Shown: one piece after another, positions 12,901 through 18,918 of the stretch
Layout: the number at the start of each line of letters is the position of its first letter
Numbering within the stretch: the first letter of the stretch is position 1
Source: an archaeon
GTDB lineage: Archaea; Iainarchaeota; Iainarchaeia; Iainarchaeales; CSSED10-239
Assembly: GCA_035387745.1 (NCBI GenBank)
Contig: DAOOON010000006.1
Coordinates: forward strand, 17,828-36,745
Length of the DNA: 18,918 bases
Direction: 5' to 3'
Notes under the pieces: generated by a model
What the model saw: only the letters and a program-made list of their open reading frames with translations
What the model was told of the DNA's origin: nothing
Databases searched by the model: none
Position numbers and translations under genes: made by a program

Positions 12901-15149
12901 AAAGCTTTGTCTGTATAGTAAATATGTTCCCCATCATTTGTTAGGCCGCTTGGTACAAAAACATTTTCTGGTAAGGGGTCAGTATCAGAAAATATTTCGT
13001 AAACAGAATAATCTGATTTTTTGATTTTTTTAATTTTATTATCTGTGGCGGTTAAAAGGTAAAGATAATTTTCATCATCAGCAATATCTGTTGGGTTATA
13101 ATGATAGTTATCATTTCCTATCCCCCCTGTTGAAGAGATAAGTGCGACATAAGTTAAATCATTTTTATTTCTAATCATTATTCTGTTGTTTGTGTATTCT
13201 GCAATATAAACATAATTATCATCTACTGTTAATCCCTTAGGTGCACGCATTTGATCAGTTCCGGTACCATAACTTGTTCCACAGGCTTTTGAAACAAACG
13301 ATAAGTCCGTTTTGTTATATTTTTTTATTCTATGATAGTAATCTTCTGTAACATAAATATAATTTTCATCAACCGCTATGCCTTTAGGATTATAAAATTG
13401 TAAATCTCCAATTCCTGATGAAGTACCGCCAAGTGTAGCAACTAATTGGAATGTTTCTTTATTTAGTTTTTTAACTCTGTGATATGTCGCATCAATAACA
13501 TAAATATAATTTTCATCAACTGCAATGCCCAGTGGGCCATTTAGTTGATTACTTGCAGATCCTGGGCCATTAGATAACATTGAATGATAAGACAAATCCG
13601 ATTTGTTTAATTTTTTTATTCTATGATTACTATAATCTGAAACATAAAGAAAATTATCATCTACAGCAAGAGCATAAGGCGCACTAAAAGAATCAATTGC
13701 ATTACCTAATCTTGGGCCACCAACAGTAGCAATCAGCTTCCAGTTATCTTTTCTTCGTTTTTGAATACTTTGCGTACCAGTAATTGAAAGATATATATAT
13801 TCGTCATCATCAGCGACCCCATATACACCCCATAGTTGGTCACTACCTGAGAGTTTAAAATTTAAATAGGAATTTTCATCTATAAACAGATTAATTCCTC
13901 CAACAAAACCTCTTTGACTGTAAATGTGTCCCTTATAATTATCTGTTACAAATGCCTCTAATGTGAAATTATCGACCCCTAAATTAAAAAAAGGATTAGA
14001 ATTATTCCAGTCGTTTTCAATATAGATATAATTATTAGAATCGTTTGTAAAATTTGCACCATTTTCATCAAACAAAACTTTGCTTTCTATAACTGATAGG
14101 TTATTATCTGAGAGATCTGTTGTTGTGTTTGTATCATATTTATTATAAAATAATACCCCCATTATTTCAGTAAATATCTTTGTGATAATTTCTGAAGGAT
14201 TATATGCATATTTATATGCCCTTAATTTTAGTATTGTGTTGTCATCTGTAATTGTTATGGGCCCCACAAAAGGAATAGAATTTTCTGTAGGATCGTTGCC
14301 ATCTAATGTATAATAGATATTTGCATCTATTGGTTCTATATTTGCAGTTACAATTAATTCTTTAGTAAATGCATTTCCATCAGGCAATATATTAAAAAAA
14401 TTAAAGTCAAGAAGTTCAAGACCAATAAATTGTTTTGATATAATTGCGCTCGGGATATAGCCATCAGCATAGCCTCTTGCTTTTATGGTTGTGCTGTCTG
14501 TTATCGTAAATGGCTCAGTATATAATGTAGATTCCTGAGTTGGCTCGCTACTGTCTGTTGTGTAATAAATATTTGCGTCTGTTGGTGTTGCAGTTAATAT
14601 TATTTCTAAAGAACCAATAAAAGTATTAAATTTTGGGCTAATTGTCAAATACACTTGCCCAAGATATTGCGTAATAGAGATAACCGGAATGCCATTAATA
14701 ATATCAGAAATAGTCAATCTTAGGGTATAGTTTCCATTTATTACTATAGTTTTATCTAAAGTAAAAATTCCATCAAGATATAAAGTAAAAGTCATTAGTC
14801 CATTTGCTTTGACAATTGCAAGATTTCCATAATTAGCGTCTTTGAAGTTTTTAAAGGAGTTATTAGATATTTTTTGCTTAATATAAACTGTGTTTGTTGT
14901 AGCGTCAAAAACAATTTCGTCTACAACATCAAGATTTAGATTTTTAAAAGTATTAATGTCATTTGTCTTTAAATCTAATAATTCTTGGTTTATCAAAATC
15001 AAGTTTTCTTTATTATGATTAAAATTTATTTCTTCTCTTAGAGAGGTAAAGAATGGCACAACTAAGCCAATAATAATTATCATTGCAGCAACAGATAATA
15101 ATATTATCATAATACTAGTAAAAATTACATTTGCGCCTTTGCTATTCAT
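9987..15149 (-). CDS. Giant pilin-signal surface protein. Order of parts: class III signal peptide, 2 x chitobiase/hexosaminidase-C-like (CHB_HEX_C_1) domains, LamG N-half, 24 NHL repeats, LamG C-half.
   Basis: The preferred start is the ATG at 15149 (MNSKGANVIFTSIMIILLSV), which forms an ATGA overlap with the upstream stop. The track ORF starts 6 codons earlier, at 15167. ANIYYTTDSSEPT...TIKARGY and ANIYYTLDGNDPT...ILKLRAY are CHB_HEX_C-like. There are 24 repeats of the NHL type (P.GIAVDENYIYV.D..N.RI.K.NK.DLS). The C-terminus, IAIVRIDDNFCMYINGAL...GNGHIKYLRVFDTNLSDSDINALYQSY, is a LamG/Laminin_G_3-type end. Confidence 0.85.
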   Translation of the reverse strand: MNSKGANVIFTSIMIILLSVAAMIIIIGLVVPFFTSLREEINFNHNKENLILINQELLDLKTNDINTFKNLNLDVVDEIVFDATTNTVYIKQKISNNSFKNFKDANYGNLAIVKANGLMTFTLYLDGIFTLDKTIVINGNYTLRLTISDIINGIPVISITQYLGQVYLTISPKFNTFIGSLEIILTATPTDANIYYTTDSSEPTQESTLYTEPFTITDSTTIKARGYADGYIPSAIISKQFIGLELLDFNFFNILPDGNAFTKELIVTANIEPIDANIYYTLDGNDPTENSIPFVGPITITDDNTILKLRAYKYAYNPSEIITKIFTEIMGVLFYNKYDTNTTTDLSDNNLSVIESKVLFDENGANFTNDSNNYIYIENDWNNSNPFFNLGVDNFTLEAFVTDNYKGHIYSQRGFVGGINLFIDENSYLNFKLSGSDQLWGVYGVADDDEYIYLSITGTQSIQKRRKDNWKLIATVGGPRLGNAIDSFSAPYALAVDDNFLYVSDYSNHRIKKLNKSDLSYHSMLSNGPGSASNQLNGPLGIAVDENYIYVIDATYHRVKKLNKETFQLVATLGGTSSGIGDLQFYNPKGIAVDENYIYVTEDYYHRIKKYNKTDLSFVSKACGTSYGTGTDQMRAPKGLTVDDNYVYIAEYTNNRIMIRNKNDLTYVALISSTGGIGNDNYHYNPTDIADDENYLYLLTATDNKIKKIKKSDYSVYEIFSDTDPLPENVFVPSGLTNDGEHIYYTDKALHRVVKRRLSDLAVVGIIGGPNPGSTSTTFYYPEDLAVDDEFLYVTNRQYHQVKKYNKSDLSWVYTYSPGSGTLGYPYGIAVDGNYLYVTTGYGSTLHTLKKIDISSTPWSVVANIGGATGSTDDTFSNPYSVTVDDTYVYVADYTNQRIKKHLKSDLSFVSQLGLTGYSNYLPNTLYNPAYVIYDNNYLYISNNGYARILKYDTNFNYISNIGYSTGYAYSEFLSTGGLTIDNGYLYVADPTTGIIIKRNLSEFDVNISFVGSGIDFNFFYSPYSVDSDENYYYVIDSIIHRLQKVDKTTNQIVSYRGGPYGVASGTTQAIRSNFFNYPNYILVDGDYIYVSDRTSPRVIKFNKSDLSYISQFGTGTNGATTTTLNGPRQLAIYDTNLYVADYGNSRIVILNKDTMEYITHFGTNGTGNDQFSGIFGVGVDINYIYTVEYTNNRIKKIDKNTFAYVTRLGGTGSGSGNDQFSSPTYLSLDENNIYVVDYANNRIKKHLKSDLSYVTKFGSSGTDNNYFYLPIDIKYKDENTLLIADTGNDRLKIHHPSDLSYITNINLSTYNNDGVYNPWGVAVDENYLYVSDTGNHRIIKKNKSDLSTLYSVGGPNSGSGNDQFNSPYGIAIDQNYIYVSDNANCRIVKRNKTDLSYVSKLSNGCGSSNEMVQYIFGIAVDDNYIYVVERSWHRIKKFTKDTFTFVASVGGTVSGSGDDQFNNPTDITIDDNYIYVTDLSNYRIHKRNKNDLSLVKMYGLGVNASSTTDSFYEPTGITIYNDTLYVSDSRNYRIKVYDTNLNFIYKFGRLNWEKDGLYLPQGLALDDNFIYIADSSNSRIVKRAMSDLENIKNQEKSGYFGIQGYNGKTLTSIGTVTGDSQIAIVRIDDNFCMYINGALDNCQSFYLHPTNLTFPEINFRFNSSATITTYLLPENQNLYPHIIGNAGLPMPGNGHIKYLRVFDTNLSDSDINALYQSYK
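10377..13841 (-). repeat. Array of 24 NHL-type beta-propeller blade repeats (about 48 aa / 144 nt period) inside the giant CDS
   Basis: I counted 24 cores of the form [DE][DEN]N[YF][IL]Y[VI].D...[NH]R[IV].K. The first is DDDEYIYLSITG and the last is DDNFIYIADSSNSRIVKR. The span is 1155 aa, and 1155/24 is about 48 aa. Confidence 0.8.
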
Positions 15150-15661
15150 GTTCTGCACTCCATGCACTCTAAGTTAATTAATATCTGATCGTTTTCATCA
15201 TCATATTCTTGATATTTTATGTTTAGTGTTGTTTTCTTATTAGATATAATAAAATCATTACAATCAAGTATTAGTCTTTTATAATTATCAAGATTATATT
15301 CAAAATATATTGTGTTATTGTTTTTATAGGTAGCTATTTCGTTAATCATAACAATTTCGTCTTTATATTTGCCAAAATAGTCTATTTCTCCAGTAATCAA
15401 GTTGTTTGTACAGTCAATTATTATTTCTCCTGGGTTTTTAACCACTAGCTCTATGTCTTTTTTATCGTCTACCACGTCTTCGACTGCGATTTTTAGAGTA
15501 GTCATGCTTTCAAGCATTGTATCATAATTGCTTTGTTCTTTAACGCCATCTAATAGTTCCATTGCAGAATAGGTAACTACACCAAGTATAATTATTGCAA
15601 TAAGTATGTAAAGTAATGTGCTAATAACTGCAGACATTCCTTTTTGTGTTTTTATTTTCAT
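15146..15661 (-). CDS. Small type IV pilin-like protein (class III signal peptide)
   Basis: MKIKTQKGMSAVISTLLYILIAIIILGVV is a short basic leader, then KG, then a hydrophobic helix. The track ORF extends to ATG 15748, which forms an ATGA overlap with the upstream stop. That 29-codon extension is read through two perfect hairpins, so I prefer 15661. The alternative start cannot be excluded. Confidence 0.7.
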   Translation of the reverse strand: MKIKTQKGMSAVISTLLYILIAIIILGVVTYSAMELLDGVKEQSNYDTMLESMTTLKIAVEDVVDDKKDIELVVKNPGEIIIDCTNNLITGEIDYFGKYKDEIVMINEIATYKNNNTIYFEYNLDNYKRLILDCNDFIISNKKTTLNIKYQEYDDENDQILINLECMECRT

Positions 15662-15682
15662 TTTTATTACTTCTTTGTTAAA

Positions 15683-15737
15683 TTCTTTCCCTAAGGAAAG
15701 AAAAACGCGCCTATTTCCTTTCCTTGAGGAAAGGAAA
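15683..15737 (-). promoter_or_regulatory. Two tandem, related perfect hairpins between the 999-aa gene and the small pilin gene (intercistronic RNA structure, attenuator or processing site candidate)
   Basis: Hairpin 1 is ttctttcc-ctaa-ggaaagaa (15683-15702). Hairpin 2 is tttcctttcc-ttga-ggaaaggaaa (15714-15737). On the plus strand each is followed by (a)aacgcgc. Confidence 0.5.
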
Positions 15738-15744
15738 CGCGCAT

Positions 15745-18744
15745 TCATGATTTTTCAAGTACTCCTATACTTATTGTTGCGGTATTGCTATCCTCAATGG
15801 AGTTATCACTTATATTAGCATCAGGATTACCAAAGTAGATATAGATTGGAGTATCTGTTGTAGATTTTGTAAAATCATATCCTGCAATATTTTCTACAAT
15901 TTCATTAGTTCCAACAGAATAGAATGTTTCTGGAGAATTAAGGTTATTATATTCTGTTTGTATAAATTCTCCAGATAAAATATCATTATATATTCTAAAT
16001 TCTTTTATATCTCCCACCCAAACGTGTGTTCCCGCAGTAGAATATATTCCAATTTTTTTTGTATTATTTTGATTAGGTAACAAAAGTTTGTTTGTATTTA
16101 CAGTGTTAATTAAGCTTCCATTTCTGTAATATTTAACTTGAGAAGCATTTTCATCGTATTTTACTGTTGCAACAATATTCAAATATTGATTAGTATAATT
16201 TAAGAAATAATTAGAAGAAGTAATATTTATAAAATTGCTAACCCCATCAGTATTTTGCATATATAAACTATTTCCACCTTTAAATATCCAAATAAAAGGG
16301 GTAGTTCCTTGCGTACGATCATTTAATAAAGAATTATATGATGCAGAGTTTGGGCTGTCTACTTTTGCCCAAAAATAATAGGTTAATGAGTTTGTATCGC
16401 TTTCTAAAGTAACATTATCTTGTGTAATGATATTTTTTGCAGTAGTATTATTAGGAAAATTAAAAGATTTATCTACATTATCAAAACTAATTAGACTTTG
16501 ATTAAATGTCCAGGAAGTATCTCCTGCTAAATCAGTAATGGTATTTCCACTACCAGGATATGAATTCCTGTTTTTTGCATTAAACCAAAGACTCAAATCT
16601 TCATAATTTATATCATTAAGATTATTTTCTTCTGAATCTCCAAAATTCAGATATATTTCTGTATCTGTAGTTGAAGAGAGTTCTGGTATTTCGATTCTTG
16701 CAAAAAGTACAGCTGTTTTTTCTAATTCTCCTACAGCAGAAAATGTTTCGGGGGCTGATTGATTATTATATTCTGTTTTTATCCATGAAGTTGTACGAGC
16801 AGTATTTGATAATCTTACTTCATCAATATTTCCATTAAATGCTCTTTTTACGGGAGTATTCCACGCACCAATATATAATTCATTATTTGGGAAATCAAAT
16901 TTTATTTGTTTATTAATGTAATTTCTACTTTGTATTAAATTTCCATTTATATAAAAATTTAAATCATCGCCATCGTAAGTTCCTACAAAATGATGCCAAT
17001 CATTATCAGTTATAGGATATTCGTTAGCATAAATTGAACCATAAGTATTATCTGAAAATCCTAATAATAAATTAAATTGATTAGTGTCTTCAATATGGCG
17101 TATTATATAAGAAAAATAAGGGACAGATGAAGCTCTGCCTTTATTTATTAAATAGGTGCCATCAGTGTGACTTCCCGCTCCGTTTAGTTTACCCCACAGC
17201 TCAATAGTTATTATTTGAGAATTATATGCAGATTTATTTCCCGTATTTATATAATCATTACTTCCATCATAGTTTTGAGCATAACCTATTTTTCCAATTA
17301 TTTCTGATGGTTCGAGAGTTGCTTTTTTTGTGCCGTTATTACTATTACTTGTACTATCTGCTATTGTCGTGGTAGTTAAATCATTCTTATGCCAAACTCC
17401 AACAAAATTACTATCCCAAACATCTGTATCATTAGTATTATTTTCTTCAGAATCTCCAAAGTACATATAGATATCTGTGTCTGTTGTTGAAGAGAGTTCT
17501 GGTATCTTTACCCATGCCACAAGGGCTCCTGTTTCAGAATTATAATCTTCAATTTCTCTTCTTAGTCTTGTAATTTCGTCATTTGTTGTAAAGTAGATAT
17601 CGTTTCCGTCTGCATTTGCTCCATAGCTTACTAAATTTTCATCTACAATACTAATAAGCATTGGGAAATCATTTAAATCTGAATCTACCAGATTATGATC
17701 AATTGTTATTTTCTTTCTATAAATTTTTGAAAAGCTTTCAATTTCTCTTTTTAGTCTTGTTGTGCCGTCACTTGCAGTAAAGTAAATATCATTACCATCT
17801 GCGTTTGCTCCAAGATTTGCTAAGTTTTCATCTACAATACTAATAAGCATTGGAAAATCATTTAAATCGCCATCTACTTTTGTGTGATCAATTGTTATCT
17901 TCTTTCTATAGGTATTATCATCATAAACAGGATTATTTATATCTGGACCATAATTAAACTGTGGGCCTTTAATAAGTACTGACAGTGCGCCAGTATCAGA
18001 ATTGTAATCTACAATCTCTCTTTTGATTTTTGTTATTCCGTCTCCTAAAGTAAAGATAATATCTGAAGCGTCAATGTTTGCATAAGACATAAGATCTTCA
18101 TCTTCTAAATCCAATTGCACAGACAGATTATTGAGATCACCAACAAGATTTCCACTATTAATTAATATCTTCTTTCTATATAACCATTCTCCTGCATTTT
18201 CATCATAAACATATTCGTTCTTTTGCGTATACCAAGAAGTGCTTGTTTCATTATCTACAGAAACAGAAATCTTATTTTCTGTAATCTTCTTAAAGACAAG
18301 CCTTGTCTGTTCTTTGTTACTAAGAGTAATGCTTCTAATCAAATCAATATTTTCAAAAGCAACACCAGAACAAATCTTTTGCAGTTCTCTATAAACATAT
18401 TTGTTATTATCTTGTTCTAGTCTTTTACCATCAGCAAAGAAGCTTAGGTTTTTACCAACAGAGCAAATCTCTATTGTTTCAGTATCGCTATCGATTGTTA
18501 GCTCAAGATTAGAAAGAGAGAAGTTAATTTCTTTAGTTGCTTCAATTGGGGAATTATATATTTCCATAATTTCAGAAAAGACCATGTCTCTAACTTTAAT
18601 GGAATTATCATAATTTGTTTTTTCTTTACCTTTAGAAATTTGAGAGTTTACTCCAGTTATTATTATTCCAACAACAATAACCATGACAAGCATAATAAGT
18701 ATTGTACTAATTATCTCGTTTACTGCTTTTTTGCTTTTTATCAT
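15745..18744 (-). CDS. Pilin-signal surface protein with repeated DUF2341-like segments and two LamG (Laminin_G_3) lectin-fold domains
   Basis: The N-terminus is MIKSKKAVNEIISTILIMLVMVIVVGIII. There are three YRKKI.I......DL.(D/N)(F/L)...DG.DI.F...DG...L.REI segments (DUF2341-like). Two LamG domains are present: DWHHFVGTYDGDDLNFYINGNL...FNGNIDEVRLSN and YLNIVATVKYDENASQVKYYRNGSL...WVGDIKEFRIYN. Each LamG ends in TEYNN..(A/S)PETF. Confidence 0.8.
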   Translation of the reverse strand: MIKSKKAVNEIISTILIMLVMVIVVGIIITGVNSQISKGKEKTNYDNSIKVRDMVFSEIMEIYNSPIEATKEINFSLSNLELTIDSDTETIEICSVGKNLSFFADGKRLEQDNNKYVYRELQKICSGVAFENIDLIRSITLSNKEQTRLVFKKITENKISVSVDNETSTSWYTQKNEYVYDENAGEWLYRKKILINSGNLVGDLNNLSVQLDLEDEDLMSYANIDASDIIFTLGDGITKIKREIVDYNSDTGALSVLIKGPQFNYGPDINNPVYDDNTYRKKITIDHTKVDGDLNDFPMLISIVDENLANLGANADGNDIYFTASDGTTRLKREIESFSKIYRKKITIDHNLVDSDLNDFPMLISIVDENLVSYGANADGNDIYFTTNDEITRLRREIEDYNSETGALVAWVKIPELSSTTDTDIYMYFGDSEENNTNDTDVWDSNFVGVWHKNDLTTTTIADSTSNSNNGTKKATLEPSEIIGKIGYAQNYDGSNDYINTGNKSAYNSQIITIELWGKLNGAGSHTDGTYLINKGRASSVPYFSYIIRHIEDTNQFNLLLGFSDNTYGSIYANEYPITDNDWHHFVGTYDGDDLNFYINGNLIQSRNYINKQIKFDFPNNELYIGAWNTPVKRAFNGNIDEVRLSNTARTTSWIKTEYNNQSAPETFSAVGELEKTAVLFARIEIPELSSTTDTEIYLNFGDSEENNLNDINYEDLSLWFNAKNRNSYPGSGNTITDLAGDTSWTFNQSLISFDNVDKSFNFPNNTTAKNIITQDNVTLESDTNSLTYYFWAKVDSPNSASYNSLLNDRTQGTTPFIWIFKGGNSLYMQNTDGVSNFINITSSNYFLNYTNQYLNIVATVKYDENASQVKYYRNGSLINTVNTNKLLLPNQNNTKKIGIYSTAGTHVWVGDIKEFRIYNDILSGEFIQTEYNNLNSPETFYSVGTNEIVENIAGYDFTKSTTDTPIYIYFGNPDANISDNSIEDSNTATISIGVLEKS
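17533..17910 (-). repeat. 189-bp (63-codon) tandem duplication within the DUF2341-like region
   Basis: Copy A (17910-17722) encodes YRKKITIDHTKVDGDLNDFPMLISIVDENLANLGANADGNDIYFTASDGTTRLKREIESFSKI. Copy B (17721-17533) encodes YRKKITIDHNLVDSDLNDFPMLISIVDENLVSYGANADGNDIYFTTNDEITRLRREIEDYNSETGA. The two share ttttcatctacaatactaataagcattgg[a/g]aaatcatttaaatc, about 45 nt identical except for that one a/g difference. Confidence 0.85.
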
Positions 18745-18844
18745 TATTCATCTTTATTAAATATATTTTAGTCTATAATATATTATATATTTAGTATTTT
18801 AAATGTTTTGTATACTAAATATTATAGAAACGGCTCTATTTTGT

Positions 18845-18917
18845 GGTCCGAATAGTGTAGTGGTTAGCATAGAGGACTGTGGATCCTCTGACTCGGGTTC
18901 AAATCCCGGTTCGGACC
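18845..18917 (+). tRNA. tRNA-His (anticodon GTG) with genome-encoded G-1
   Basis: Manual cloverleaf: G-1 (18845) is opposite C73 (18917). The acceptor stem is GTCCGAA / TTCGGAC. The anticodon stem is GAGGA / TCCTC with loop CTGTGGA, and the anticodon GTG is at 18879-18881. The T arm is TCGGG-TTCAAAT-CCCGG. The window ends one base after C73. Confidence 0.9.
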
Positions 18918-18918
18918 C

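Noticed and set aside
10377-13841. Regular periodicity of about 144 nt, which could suggest a CRISPR-like or satellite array
   Set aside because: The periodicity is protein-coding (NHL blades in one long open frame). The repeats are diverged at the DNA level, and there is no alternation of conserved repeats with unique spacers. I saw no CRISPR array anywhere in the window.
15150-15167. Upstream ATG (MHGVQN...) for the giant adhesin
   Set aside because: The ATG at 15149 gives a canonical short basic leader (MNSKG|A) and an ATGA overlap with the preceding stop. The longer form would overlap the upstream gene by 22 nt. It cannot be fully excluded.
1-18918. The whole window as an integrated provirus or genomic island next to tRNA-His
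   Set aside because: The window contains no integrase, transposase, capsid or terminase genes and no repeat of the tRNA 3' end. The tRNA 3' end faces away from these genes. The accessory-looking genes (KilA-N, Fic, AbiE, Cas4-like) are suggestive, but the island boundaries cannot be defined here.

Overview
The window is very AT-rich. My hand counts give about 31% G+C over 2423-2522, against about 60% in one anomalous patch at 3258-3364. It is gene-dense, with 14 protein-coding genes plus one tRNA-His.

It looks archaeal, and most plausibly comes from a small-genome DPANN-type organism. Four proteins begin with archaeal class III (type IV pilin-like) signal peptides: KKA|ITPIVASILLIVV, KKA|VNEIISTILIML, QKG|MSAVISTLLYIL and SKG|ANVIFTSIMIIL. 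Several genes have a TATA-like box about 25-30 nt upstream of the ATG and no Shine-Dalgarno sequence, which suggests leaderless transcripts. Genes are linked by ATGA, GTGA and TAATG overlaps. The tRNA-His has a genome-encoded G-1.

Left to right, the content is:
1. A translationally coupled KilA-N / AlbA_2-HATPase_c_4-wHTH gene pair on the minus strand. The second gene is missing from the ORF track because it runs off the window.
2. A pilin-like protein fused to a DUF1566 (Lcl-like) domain. It is preceded by a (TAT)10 microsatellite and ends in a GC-rich, foreign-looking 3' segment with bacterial-style hairpin terminators.
3. An orphan Cas4/RecB-like PD-(D/E)XK nuclease with a 4-Cys cluster.
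4. A multi-pass membrane protein.
5. A membrane-anchored thioredoxin/GILT-like protein.
6. A Fic - AbiEii - AbiEi cluster in which the toxin precedes the antitoxin.
7. A long minus-strand operon encoding three pilin-signal surface proteins followed by an HD hydrolase. The surface proteins are 999 aa (DUF2341/LamG), about 171 aa, and about 1720 aa (24 NHL repeats apparently inserted into a LamG domain).

I saw no CRISPR array, rRNA, transposase or integrase. The window also lacks any pilus assembly ATPase, platform protein or prepilin peptidase.

All family assignments come from motif recognition by eye, not from searches.
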